Made by a program: the position numbers and the translations under genes
In this document: positions 25,940 to 34,680 of the stretch, piece by piece
Layout: each line of letters begins with the position of its first letter
Numbering within the stretch: the stretch's first letter is position 1
Virus record (IMG/VR): IMGVR_UViG_3300010376_000087
Location: 1-35,548 of that record
Source of the DNA: a virus
Lineage: Duplodnaviria > Caudoviricetes
Strand: one strand, 5' to 3'
Length of the DNA stretch: 35,548 nucleotides
The notes under the pieces: model-generated
The model's database searches: none
Told to the model about the DNA's origin: nothing
Seen by the model: only the letters and a program-made list of their open reading frames with translations

Positions 25940-25968
25940 GCAGACCCCGCCGGAGGGGCGGGGTCTGC
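25940..25968 (+). terminator. GC-rich hairpin (terminator or processing site)
   Basis: 12-bp stem GCAGACCCCGCC/GGCGGGGTCTGC, 5-nt loop, no U tract. Confidence 0.5.
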
Positions 25969-26005
25969 GTGGCGCTTACCGAACTTCCCGAAAGGAGGCG
26001 CTGGC

Positions 26006-28024
26006 ATGGACCCTACCCCACTGATCCCATTGCCCAGCGGCACGGCTGACTTCCTGACGGCCATCTGGGGCGACGGACCCCACAGCATCTGCTGGTTCGA
26101 CGCCAGCGGGTTCCACTTCGACATCGTCACCCACCCCGGCCACATCCTCGAAAAGCTGAGCCAGCTGCAGACCGTCGACGTCTGGGTCGGCGCCCATCCC
26201 CTCAAGGCCCGACCACTGCGGGGCCGGGGCGACCGCGACGACGTAGCCCAGGTCGTGGCCATCCCGGCAGACCTTGACTGGCAGCACCCGACCCGCCGCA
26301 CCGACGACCCACTCCCGACCGAGGCCGAGGTGCGTGACGGCCTGGCCAAGCTCGGCCACGACGTGCAGCCCAACCTGGTCGTCCACTCCGGTCACGGCCT
26401 CCAGCCTTACTGGGTCCTGGCCCATCCCGTCGAGCCGGACGAGGCCGAGGCGCTGATCGACCAGCTGAATACCGCCCTCGCTCGCGTCGGACTGACCAAC
26501 GGCCGCAGCGACCTGCCCAGCATTCTGCGGCTGCCCGGCACTAACAACCACAAGGGCGGCGACAGCGTGCCGGTCACGGTCGAGCGCTACCTGCCCGACC
26601 ACCGCTACACAGCTGCCTGGCTCCGCAAGCACCTGCCACAGGCGACCGGAAGCGGGCGGAAGGGCGGCGGCACCAAGCACCACACCGGCAGCGTGACCCA
26701 CGACCAGCAGCTGCTGGTCAACCACATCGTCACCGTCTACCACGGCCACTCTCCAGCCGTGTGGCGCGATGGGAGCGTCCACATCGTGCGCCCCGGTAAG
26801 CCTGCTGACGGGACCAGCAGCCTGAGCGTGATCGTGGGCGAAGACGGCGACGCCATCGCCACCAACTTCTCCGACCACTGGCCCGGCCTGCAGAAGGACC
26901 AGAGCTACATGCTGGGACCGGATGGCCAGCTGCACCACCCCAGCGACCCGCTCGCCCAGGTCACCATCAACGTCAATCAGCAAACGCCAGCAGTGATAGA
27001 CGTCTATCAACCTGACGCAGCAGACATCTACATCAACTGGCAGGAGTTCGCAAAGCGAGACACCGTCGCCCACCAATGGCTAGTCGAGGACTTCTGGCCT
27101 CTCGGCCGAGCCATGGCACTGTGGGCCAACGCCAAGGAGGGCAAGAGCGAACTCGCCCTCTGGTGCGTCGGCAACCTGGCCATGGGCATCCATCCCTGGA
27201 CCGGCGACCCCGTCCCACCCATCGACATCGCCTACTTCGACTTCGAGATGACCGACGACGACCTGGACGAACGGCTCAGCGACTTCGGCTGGGATCTGGA
27301 CCGGCTGGACCGGCTGCACTACGCCCTGCTGCCACCGATCTACCCGCTCAACACCGAGGACGGCGGCAAACAGCTGCTGAGCTACATCGAGAGCGTGAAC
27401 GCCAAGGCCGTGGTCCTCGACACCTTCGCCCGCGTCGTGACCGGAGACGAGAACGACGCCCGCACCGTCGACGACTTCTACCGCCACACCGGCATCCGAC
27501 TCAAGCAACAGCGGATCGGCTACCTGCGCCTGGACCATGGCGGTCACGACAAGTCCAAGGGCCACCCCCGTGGCACCTCAGCCAAACTCGGGGACGTCGA
27601 CGTCATCTGGCGCCAGCGCCGCCACCCGTCCGGCAATGTCCAGCTGACTTGTGGCAACGCCAGCCGCCTGGCCTGGGTCGGACCCGAACTGAACGTCGAC
27701 CGCAACGTCAACGTCGTCACAGGCGAGGTCAGCTACTCCATGCCCATCCGCTTCGGCTGGCCTGCAGGCACCGCCGAGAAGGCCGCCGACCTCACCACGG
27801 CGGGCGTCCCGCTGGACGCCGGGCGACCCGCCGCCATAGCCGCCCTCAAGGCCGCTGGCCTCAAGCCTGGCCGCTGGGCCGTCCTCTCGGCCGCCCTCAA
27901 GTTCCGCCGCGAGCAATCGGGCACAGTTGCCGGGCCCACCCCCAACCCACCTGTGCCGCCCTCTGACCAGGGCAACTCCGGCACAGGTCCCGTCGATCTG
28001 TACTCTGACCAGCCAAAACAGTGA
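26006..28024 (+). CDS. Primase-helicase: RepB-like AEP primase plus RecA/AAA_25 helicase
   Basis: GAAAGGAGG SD; ADLD, VHSGHGLQPYW, ILRLPGTNNHK; ANAKEGKS Walker A, DFEM, VVLDTF Walker B, LDH, RGTSA. Confidence 0.88.
   Translation: MDPTPLIPLPSGTADFLTAIWGDGPHSICWFDASGFHFDIVTHPGHILEKLSQLQTVDVWVGAHPLKARPLRGRGDRDDVAQVVAIPADLDWQHPTRRTDDPLPTEAEVRDGLAKLGHDVQPNLVVHSGHGLQPYWVLAHPVEPDEAEALIDQLNTALARVGLTNGRSDLPSILRLPGTNNHKGGDSVPVTVERYLPDHRYTAAWLRKHLPQATGSGRKGGGTKHHTGSVTHDQQLLVNHIVTVYHGHSPAVWRDGSVHIVRPGKPADGTSSLSVIVGEDGDAIATNFSDHWPGLQKDQSYMLGPDGQLHHPSDPLAQVTINVNQQTPAVIDVYQPDAADIYINWQEFAKRDTVAHQWLVEDFWPLGRAMALWANAKEGKSELALWCVGNLAMGIHPWTGDPVPPIDIAYFDFEMTDDDLDERLSDFGWDLDRLDRLHYALLPPIYPLNTEDGGKQLLSYIESVNAKAVVLDTFARVVTGDENDARTVDDFYRHTGIRLKQQRIGYLRLDHGGHDKSKGHPRGTSAKLGDVDVIWRQRRHPSGNVQLTCGNASRLAWVGPELNVDRNVNVVTGEVSYSMPIRFGWPAGTAEKAADLTTAGVPLDAGRPAAIAALKAAGLKPGRWAVLSAALKFRREQSGTVAGPTPNPPVPPSDQGNSGTGPVDLYSDQPKQ
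26994..27009. repeat. 16-bp palindrome copy 11 (intragenic)
   Basis: Exact copy, encodes IDVYQ in the linker before the helicase domain. Confidence 0.97.
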
Positions 28025-28101
28025 CCGGCACACCTACCCGGCACAGCCGGGCACACCTACCTGCGGCTAGTGGGCTAGTGCAGCCCCCGTAAGGGGGCAC
28101 A
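27920..28101. repeat. GGCACA iteron-like cluster, candidate replication origin
   Basis: GGCACA at 27920, 27980, 28027, 28040, 28050 and 28096, inverted at 27952; GGCACACCTACC twice; hairpin 28083-28098. Confidence 0.55.
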
Positions 28102-28136
28102 GCCCAGCCGGACCTCAACCCCACGAAAGGATCGCA

Positions 28137-28349
28137 GTGCCCACCTGCCGCGAACTCAAACCGGACGGCTGGCCCAGCCTGCGCTGGCGCAAGGACGGCG
28201 GCGAACGAAAGACCAACCGCTACCCGACCACTTGCCATCTCTGCGGTGATCGCCTCGAACCCGGCGAGGCCATCACCGGCCAGTTCGACCGAGCCGCCAA
28301 CCGCATCGTCAGCTGGTCCTGCGGGCCGGGGCGCTGGCAGCGACCATGA
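28137..28349 (+). CDS. Hypothetical CxxC protein
   Basis: GAAAGGA SD; NRYPTTCHLCGDRLEPGE; ATGA overlap. Confidence 0.6.
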   Translation: MPTCRELKPDGWPSLRWRKDGGERKTNRYPTTCHLCGDRLEPGEAITGQFDRAANRIVSWSCGPGRWQRP

Positions 28350-28885
28350 CGGACGACCTCGACCCTCAGTGGACAGCGCTGGCCGAGCTTGGCAGGCTGA
28401 CGGGCCATGTCGTCTGCCGATGCAGCGACCCGGCTTGCGGCCTCCTGCAAATGGCCCGCTACCGACCAGCCAGCCAGCCCTGGCCGGTCTGCGTCAACCA
28501 CCCCGGCTCGCTGTCCGCCAACCGCCTCACCGGCTTCCCGCGGGTCGCCCCGGTGATGGATCCGCAGCTGACCCTCAACAAGCGGCCCGGAGAGCCGCGT
28601 ACCGACAAGCAACTCCTGGCCGCCGGACTCATCAGACGTCCGGCTGCCGCCAACCACAGGAGCACCATGACCCATGCGACGCCTACTGCTGCTGACCCTC
28701 CTCCTGGCCGCCTGCTCACCGGCAGCTGTGAGGACGACTGCCAGACCGCCTGCGCCTACCCTGGCCAGTTCTCCGAGTGCGCCCTCGGTGCCCTCGACAA
28801 CCAGGCCACCACCAACGACAGCCAAGCCAGCGCCGGTCGTGCGACCAACCACGACCACTCGACCGGCACCGACCCCGACGACTGA
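28346..28885 (+). CDS. Hypothetical Cys-containing protein (3' end overlaps the next gene)
   Basis: ATGA-coupled start; about 210-nt overlap with the Rpf-like gene makes the C-terminus uncertain. Confidence 0.4.
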   Translation: MTDDLDPQWTALAELGRLTGHVVCRCSDPACGLLQMARYRPASQPWPVCVNHPGSLSANRLTGFPRVAPVMDPQLTLNKRPGEPRTDKQLLAAGLIRRPAAANHRSTMTHATPTAADPPPGRLLTGSCEDDCQTACAYPGQFSECALGALDNQATTNDSQASAGRATNHDHSTGTDPDD

Positions 28886-29189
28886 CCCTCCAACGACACG
28901 GGCGACCACCCTCACCACGGCCAGGCCGTCGCCAGCCGTGACGGTACAGCAGCCGCAGAGCTACGCGGGGGCCGTAGCGCCGGAATCTTTCCGGGCCTGC
29001 GTCGAGCTACGCGAGTCCGGTAACGGGAGGGGCAGCAGCAACCTCTATGGCTTCCTGCCCTCCACCTGGGCCAGCCTGGGCCGATCGGGTAGTCCGGGGA
29101 ATGCCAGCTACAGCGAGCAGACAGCCGCCTTCGAGCAGCTGTACGCCCGCGACGGCCGCCAGCCCTGGGCGCCCTACGACGGCTGCTGA
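28674..29189 (+). CDS. Lipoprotein with Rpf-like (lysozyme-fold transglycosylase) domain
   Basis: MRRLLLLTLLLAAC lipobox; Pro/Thr linker; CVELRESG (catalytic Glu), YGFLPSTW, ASYSEQ, GRQPW...C. Confidence 0.8.
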   Translation: MRRLLLLTLLLAACSPAAVRTTARPPAPTLASSPSAPSVPSTTRPPPTTAKPAPVVRPTTTTRPAPTPTTDPPTTRATTLTTARPSPAVTVQQPQSYAGAVAPESFRACVELRESGNGRGSSNLYGFLPSTWASLGRSGSPGNASYSEQTAAFEQLYARDGRQPWAPYDGC

Positions 29190-29212
29190 TGCCATCTGGC
29201 ATACTTCCCGCC

Positions 29213-29464
29213 ATGGCTTCCCAGGAGCAGGTCGACCAGATCAAGTCCGACGTCACCGCCCTACAGGCGGCCAGCGCCGCCGCCGCCAACCAGATCGCCA
29301 CGCTCACCGACCAGGTGCTGGCCCTGCAGGCGGGCGACATCTCCGACGAGCAGATCGCCAACCTCCACCAGGCCCTGGCCGACGTGACCGGCGAACTGGT
29401 CAGCGCCGTCGAGGAGTCGCAGGCCGCCCTCAGCGGCAGCGACGACGAGGACGACCGCGGCTAG
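29213..29464 (+). CDS. Acidic coiled-coil protein
   Basis: Heptad-like Ala/Gln/Leu pattern; preceded by TGGCATACT-N7-ATG. Confidence 0.65.
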   Translation: MASQEQVDQIKSDVTALQAASAAAANQIATLTDQVLALQAGDISDEQIANLHQALADVTGELVSAVEESQAALSGSDDEDDRG

Positions 29465-29470
29465 CGACAC

Positions 29471-29508
29471 AAAAAAGCCGCCCCGGCCGGAGCCGGGGCG
29501 GCCTTCTC
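29471..29508 (-). terminator. Rho-independent terminator at the convergence point (probably bidirectional)
   Basis: 11-bp stem 29477-29487/29492-29502, A6 on the left (U6 on minus strand), CTTCT on the right. Confidence 0.85.
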
Positions 29509-29510
29509 GG

Positions 29511-29526
29511 TGACAGACATCTATCA
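29511..29526. repeat. 16-bp palindrome copy 12 (2 mismatches, TGACAGACATCTATCA)
   Basis: Supplies the TGA stop of the minus-strand gene ending at 29524. Confidence 0.85.
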
Positions 29527-29682
29527 CGGGTCTTCGTCAGCGGACGGCAGCGTGAACTCGAACACCAGCCCGCGGGACGGGCTGGACAGCTGGATACCGG
29601 GCCAGGCCTCATCCAGGGCCAGCAGCAGCTTGGCGAAGAACGCGATGGACGGCGGCTCGACGAAGCGGACGCTGAACTTCAC
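29524..29682 (-). CDS. Hypothetical protein
   Basis: GTGA-coupled start with GGAGGAG SD; 52 aa. Confidence 0.55.
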   Translation of the reverse strand: MKFSVRFVEPPSIAFFAKLLLALDEAWPGIQLSSPSRGLVFEFTLPSADEDP

Positions 29683-29879
29683 GGCTCCTCCCGCTCCCGC
29701 ATGACCCAGCCGAACGCCGAGAACAGCGACCGGCTGGCGGACTTGATGGCGTCGAGGGCTTCCCACTCCCCGCGGGTGCCGGGCTTGAGCAGCTGCTCCA
29801 GCCGGGTGGCCTGGCCGACCAACTCGTCGTGCAGCTGCCGCCACCGCTCGGCCTCGTACTGGCTGATCGGGCTAGCCAC
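29679..29879 (-). CDS. Hypothetical protein
   Basis: 66 aa, helical; coupled overlaps. Confidence 0.6.
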   Translation of the reverse strand: MASPISQYEAERWRQLHDELVGQATRLEQLLKPGTRGEWEALDAIKSASRSLFSAFGWVMREREEP

Positions 29880-30375
29880 GGATCGCCTCCACCACCGCCG
29901 CGAAGGTCATCGCGTCCATGGCCGACTCCATCAGGTCGTCGGCCTCCAGCCGCTCCAGCGTGCCGTCGTCACGCTGGCGGTAGCGCCGGGCCAGCGTGAA
30001 GTCCTGGCCGGGGTGCGTGCCCCAGCACTGAACGAACAGGCACTCGACGGCATCGGCGGACTGGCTGGGCGGCGTGGCCCGCTTGGCCTCCTGGGCCGTG
30101 GTGCCCACCGGCAGCACCCGCGTCCAGGCGTCGCTGACGAACAGCACGAACTCCACCGGCTGGGCCTCGCGGACCTGCATGGCCACGGCTTCGGCCATCA
30201 TCCGCTTGACATCCGGCACCCGCTCGTCGAACGGTGTGGCCACGATCTGCAGCCTGTCGTGGCCATGGATGAACCAGGTGGCGGCCACACCGCCATCGCC
30301 CTGGCTTCGGAACTGCCAGGCCCGCTCCAGTATCTGGCGGGCGATGGCCACCCGCTGCTGCTTGGTCATCTTCAC
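29872..30375 (-). CDS. Hypothetical protein
   Basis: GGAGG SD; VLFVSDAW and PSQSADAVECL motifs; alternative ATG 30369. Confidence 0.7.
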   Translation of the reverse strand: MKMTKQQRVAIARQILERAWQFRSQGDGGVAATWFIHGHDRLQIVATPFDERVPDVKRMMAEAVAMQVREAQPVEFVLFVSDAWTRVLPVGTTAQEAKRATPPSQSADAVECLFVQCWGTHPGQDFTLARRYRQRDDGTLERLEADDLMESAMDAMTFAAVVEAIRG

Positions 30376-30662
30376 AACGCCACCTCCCTCCGGCGCCGGG
30401 GCTGATGCTCGATCAGCCACACCTTGGCCTCGCCCCGCGTCAGCGAGCGAGCGACCTCCAGATACGCATCGGTCAGGTCGTACCAGGTGCTGACCGGCTT
30501 GCCGTCCCAGCCCAGCCACTGGAACCGGAACGACGTGCAACGGTCGCAACGGGCAGGCTGACTGTGGCCGGATGACGGCCTGGCGAAACGCAGGTCCGGC
30601 GCAGCGGTGTCCCAGGCATGGCCGAACGCTCGGCACAGGACCAGGATTCGGGGCGGCGTCAT
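30372..30662 (-). CDS. Hypothetical zinc-binding protein
   Basis: CRAFGHAW...RCDRC. Confidence 0.65.
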   Translation of the reverse strand: MTPPRILVLCRAFGHAWDTAAPDLRFARPSSGHSQPARCDRCTSFRFQWLGWDGKPVSTWYDLTDAYLEVARSLTRGEAKVWLIEHQPRRRREVAL

Positions 30663-31006
30663 CGCCTGGCCGCCTGACCGATTTCGTCGGGACCGTCCAC
30701 GACCGCGACCGGCGCGACCACCTCCCGGCGGAACACGGTGACCCGGTAGACCGTCGAGCGGTTGGTCGCCTCCACGTAGAACGGCAGCTGCTCGGTGGTG
30801 CGGAGCATGCGGTGGACCTCGAACTCGACGCCGTCCTCGCGGTGCTCAGCCACTTCGGACTGCAGCCAGCCTTCAGCCCGCAGCAACGAGGCATCACGAT
30901 CGGCGTAGACCTCGACCAGGCTGATCGGCTCGTAGCCGTAGACGCTGGCGCCGTCGTCGTCAGGGTTGTTCACCGCGGTAACGGTGAACACGAACACGGT
31001 GGCCAT
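30659..31006 (-). CDS. Hypothetical protein
   Basis: AAAGGAGGT SD before ATG 31006; 115 aa. Confidence 0.7.
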   Translation of the reverse strand: MATVFVFTVTAVNNPDDDGASVYGYEPISLVEVYADRDASLLRAEGWLQSEVAEHREDGVEFEVHRMLRTTEQLPFYVEATNRSTVYRVTVFRREVVAPVAVVDGPDEIGQAARR

Positions 31007-31085
31007 CCAGGCCACCTCCTTTCGGGTAGCTGCCTGCGCCCTCTGGCCAGGCAGGGTGGGAGAGGTGGTCGACCTCACCGCGACC

Positions 31086-31110
31086 AACCCCCGCCTGATG
31101 GGCGGGGGTT
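31086..31110. other. Intergenic hairpin
   Basis: 10-bp stem AACCCCCGCC/GGCGGGGGTT. Confidence 0.55.
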
Positions 31111-31134
31111 AGCGGGCGCTGCGGTCAGCCGGGG

Positions 31135-31150
31135 TGATAGACGTCTATCA
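31135..31150. repeat. 16-bp palindrome copy 13
   Basis: Exact copy; supplies the TGA stop of the DUF488-like gene. Confidence 0.97.
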
Positions 31151-31621
31151 ACAGCCGCCGTACGGGTCCTGCCGGGCCGGGGGCAGTTCGGGTATCTCGA
31201 TCTGCCAGCGGCTCCAGAACCACTCGGCCAGCCACCGCCGATGGCAGCACTCGCCGCGGTGGACGTTCTCGTAGCAGAGCAGCACCAGCCGCCGCCCGGC
31301 GTGATTGGTGACCAGCTGGGCCAGACGGCCCAGCTGAGTGGCGGGATCGCTGTCCATCCGGGCGTAGTAGCTGGCCTCCCCGACCGCATCGTCCTCCTCG
31401 CGGAACTCCGAGTAGGACGGCTGCCACCACTTCGGCCCCATGACCAGGCCGGTGGACTGGTTCCACCAGCGGTACTTTTCGGGGCCGCCACGGGTGATGC
31501 GGACGCCGACGCCAAGCTCCGGGCGGAAGTCGATGTACCGCCCGGTCACCACGCTGGCGTGGCGGACCGCCTCCAGGTCCGCCGCCGCCAGCAGGCTGTG
31601 CGTGCTGTGTAGCTCGGTCAT
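31148..31621 (-). CDS. DUF488-like protein
   Basis: LVLLCYE...CHRRWLAEW motif; ATGA overlap with the vWA gene. Confidence 0.7.
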   Translation of the reverse strand: MTELHSTHSLLAAADLEAVRHASVVTGRYIDFRPELGVGVRITRGGPEKYRWWNQSTGLVMGPKWWQPSYSEFREEDDAVGEASYYARMDSDPATQLGRLAQLVTNHAGRRLVLLCYENVHRGECCHRRWLAEWFWSRWQIEIPELPPARQDPYGGC

Positions 31622-33588
31622 AGCCACGACCTCATCCGCTCCGCAGCCACCCGGCGGAACAGCCGGGCCAGTTCCTCGGCCCGGTCGATGTGAGCCGCGA
31701 ACTGGCAGCCGTGCTTGTCGTCGCCAGCGCCCCGGCCCAGCAGCGCCATCACCGTCGTCACGCCCATCTGGCCCATGGCCTCGATGACCTCGGCGGCGTC
31801 ATCGTGCTGCTCCCACTTCATCGACCCACCGGGACCGCGGACCAGCTTGCTGGTGCCGAACCACTCGCCATCGCTGAGCACGATCAGCAGGCGGTTCTTG
31901 GCGTCGCTGCTGGTCAGCACCCGCAGCGATTCCAGCAGCGCCGACTTCGGCTGCGTCCCGCCCATGGCGGACGGGATGAACATGCGGTCGTCGGGCCGCT
32001 GGCCCGGCTCGGCCAACAGCCGGTGCGGACCGGACTCGTAGCAGATGACCGTGCAACGGCCCTCCAGGTCGTCGACGGCGTGGCGGATGGCCCACGCCGC
32101 CCGGCCCAGCGCCTTCATCTGGCTGCCCATGCTGCCGCTGACATCCAGCAGCACCATGACCTCCATCTCGCTGGCGTCCATCATGCCCGGCTCGTAGCGA
32201 TCGAACAGTTCGTCCGCGTCGCAGTACGGATCGACCAGCCGCCGGACGTTGAGCCGACCACTCTCCACCCGCTTCAGCCACCCCGGCTCCGTCTCGTCCT
32301 TGATGTCCAGCAGGGCATCGCTGACTTCGGCGCGGAGCCGCCGGGCCGCATCGTCCGCCGGGATCCAGCGACCGATGGGCCGCTCGCCCTCGGCGTCCTC
32401 GCCGCCACCACGCCCGTAGTCCAGGGCGTCCAGCACGGAGCCAAGCTCCTCGCTGGCCTGGGCGTCCTCGTCGATCTGGCCCTTGGCCGCATCCCGCAAC
32501 TTCTCGCGGATGTCCTTCTGGCTGATCGGCTTGGACCCAGGCCGGTTGCCAGCCCCGCCGCCGGGACTGCCGGAGTCGCCACCCTGGCCCTGCTGTCCGT
32601 CCGACCTGGTGGTTGGGGTCTTGCCAGCCTCGTCGCCGGGCTGCTGACCCTCATCGGCGTCGCCCTTCTGGCTGTCGCCGGGACCGGAGCCGCTGCCCTG
32701 GTCGCCGTCGCCACCATCATCGCCCTCCTCGGGGCCGGAGCCACCGTCGCTGTCGCTGTCGGCGTCAGGATCGGCAGCCGGATCGCTGGCCACCGGAGGG
32801 CCGTCGCCGGGGTTGCCGTCGATGTTCGGCTCGCCACCCACCGACACGAAGCCACCGCAGCCGCCGTTGCCGGTGGGCTGCTGGTCGTCGAACAGCGCCA
32901 CCAGATCCTGCAGGATCTGCCAGGCCTCGTCGGCGTCGGACTCGCCGGGATCCATCAGCAGCTGGTACTCGCCCACCATCCGCGTCACCTCGTCGGTGAA
33001 ACGCTGGCCCTGGCGGAACACCATCCGGGCCTTGGCCGCTGACCGCACCTCGTCGGGCAGCCACGTCCGCCCGGCCAGTAGCAGCCAGGCGTTTGCATCG
33101 TCGCTGACCAGGTGGTGCGACAGGGCCGCGGTCAGGTAGCCGCGCCACGGCCCGAACTTGGCCAGCACCAGCCGCTCCTGCCGCTGATCCTCAACGATGT
33201 TGTGCATGTTGGCGATGCCGGGCAGGAACGACCGCTCCGACTCCAGCACGCGGAACATCAGCGTGCTGTCCCGCCGGGGGCTGAACAGGACGTGGCCCAG
33301 TTCGTGAGCGTTCGTGCCCAGCCACACGGCCACGTCCACCTTCTGCCAGGGCGTGGGCATCTTCGCCCAGTTGAAGCTGACCTTGTCGCCCTCCAACGTG
33401 GTCCACGCTGGCGCCGGGCCGCTGGCCTCGACGGTCACGGTGTCCATGTCGATCGACAGGATCTGATCGGTGAGCCGCAACTCGCGGGCCAGGCGCTGGA
33501 GCCTGACCAACTCACGCGGCGTGAGCTTGGCATCGTCGAGGTCCAGGTTGACCTCGGTCCTGCCACGCCTCAGGTTTGCATCGGACAT
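31618..33588 (-). CDS. HEXXH metallopeptidase-like plus vWA domain protein (CobT-like MoxR partner)
   Basis: AHELGH, NIVEDQRQE, acidic Gly/Asp linker, SGRLN, LLDVSGSM MIDAS, GGT, LSDG. Confidence 0.85.
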   Translation of the reverse strand: MSDANLRRGRTEVNLDLDDAKLTPRELVRLQRLARELRLTDQILSIDMDTVTVEASGPAPAWTTLEGDKVSFNWAKMPTPWQKVDVAVWLGTNAHELGHVLFSPRRDSTLMFRVLESERSFLPGIANMHNIVEDQRQERLVLAKFGPWRGYLTAALSHHLVSDDANAWLLLAGRTWLPDEVRSAAKARMVFRQGQRFTDEVTRMVGEYQLLMDPGESDADEAWQILQDLVALFDDQQPTGNGGCGGFVSVGGEPNIDGNPGDGPPVASDPAADPDADSDSDGGSGPEEGDDGGDGDQGSGSGPGDSQKGDADEGQQPGDEAGKTPTTRSDGQQGQGGDSGSPGGGAGNRPGSKPISQKDIREKLRDAAKGQIDEDAQASEELGSVLDALDYGRGGGEDAEGERPIGRWIPADDAARRLRAEVSDALLDIKDETEPGWLKRVESGRLNVRRLVDPYCDADELFDRYEPGMMDASEMEVMVLLDVSGSMGSQMKALGRAAWAIRHAVDDLEGRCTVICYESGPHRLLAEPGQRPDDRMFIPSAMGGTQPKSALLESLRVLTSSDAKNRLLIVLSDGEWFGTSKLVRGPGGSMKWEQHDDAAEVIEAMGQMGVTTVMALLGRGAGDDKHGCQFAAHIDRAEELARLFRRVAAERMRSWL

Positions 33589-33607
33589 TTTCTGATTTCC
33601 TTTCGGG

Positions 33608-33623
33608 TGATAGACGTCTATCA
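33608..33623. repeat. 16-bp palindrome copy 14
   Basis: Exact copy; supplies the TGA stop of the AAA+ gene. Confidence 0.97.
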
Positions 33624-34547
33624 GGCCGCGATACCAAGCTCGCGGGCGATCTGATCGCGGACGGCTTCGAGCGCCCGGCTGACCGGACCCTCCTCGTCGT
33701 CGTTGAAGTGGTTGACGAAGAAGTACTCGGCCATGCCCATGTCGAGGTCGACGGCGTGCTCGACGAACTCCATCAACATGTTCGTGCTGACGGGAGTGCG
33801 AATCTCGGCCAGCGACCTCAGGTTGTAGGCCACGTCCAGCAGCTGCGGCGACCTGCCGCAGGGCAGCTGCTCCTCCACGGAGCGGTCGTAGCCCCACTTG
33901 AAGGGCTTGGGGAGCCGGTTGCCAAACGCCTCGTTCAGCCGGACCGTCCCCTGGTACTTCGGGTTGTACGCCACGCCGAACAGCGTCGGCTGGATGACCG
34001 GGCGGCCATTCTTCGGCATCCCACCGCGACCGGCCCGGATGACCTCACCGTTCTCGGGCACCGACATGGCCCGCATCACCGACAGCAACCCGTGGTAGCT
34101 GGCCGTGATCCGCTGGTGGGCCAGGTTGGCCTCGTCGATCAGGTTGGTGCCGCCGTAGCGGACGATCAGCGTCATGTCGCCGTCGATGAAGCTGACGCTG
34201 CCATCGGGGCCGATCGACGTGCGGCCAATGATGACGCCGGGGTCCATGGCCCCGTTGCACTCCACGACGTTGAACGGCAGCCGCCGGTAGGCCGAGTAGG
34301 CCCGGAACAACGTCGTCTTCGACGACCCGGTCGGACCGGCCAGGGCCACGTTCGACCGCTTCATCACGGCGTAGTCGAGAAGGTCGAAGTCGTACCAGCC
34401 GCGGATCGTCCGGTGGACGTACGCCTGGGCCAGCCGCTCGTCGGGGATCATGGCCTCGACCCTGGCCCGGTCGTGTTCGGGCACCAGGTTCAAGTCGAAG
34501 ACCGGAGCCGGGAACCGGCTGGTCTGGGGGGCAGTAGCAGTGGCCAT
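33621..34547 (-). CDS. MoxR/CbbQ/CobS-type AAA+ ATPase
   Basis: GPTGSSKT Walker A (variant), LIDEAN Walker B, YNPKYQG, LNEAFGNR, STNML. Confidence 0.88.
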   Translation of the reverse strand: MATATAPQTSRFPAPVFDLNLVPEHDRARVEAMIPDERLAQAYVHRTIRGWYDFDLLDYAVMKRSNVALAGPTGSSKTTLFRAYSAYRRLPFNVVECNGAMDPGVIIGRTSIGPDGSVSFIDGDMTLIVRYGGTNLIDEANLAHQRITASYHGLLSVMRAMSVPENGEVIRAGRGGMPKNGRPVIQPTLFGVAYNPKYQGTVRLNEAFGNRLPKPFKWGYDRSVEEQLPCGRSPQLLDVAYNLRSLAEIRTPVSTNMLMEFVEHAVDLDMGMAEYFFVNHFNDDEEGPVSRALEAVRDQIARELGIAA

Positions 34548-34680
34548 CAGGCCACCCTCCTTTCGGGTAGGCCGCGACCGGACTGGCCGCGGGATGGGAT
34601 GGAGGACATCCGCACCGGCCAGCCGCCCAGCCCCGGTGAGGGGACCAGGCGACTGAGCCGCTGAGGACAGCCGGTGGGGA

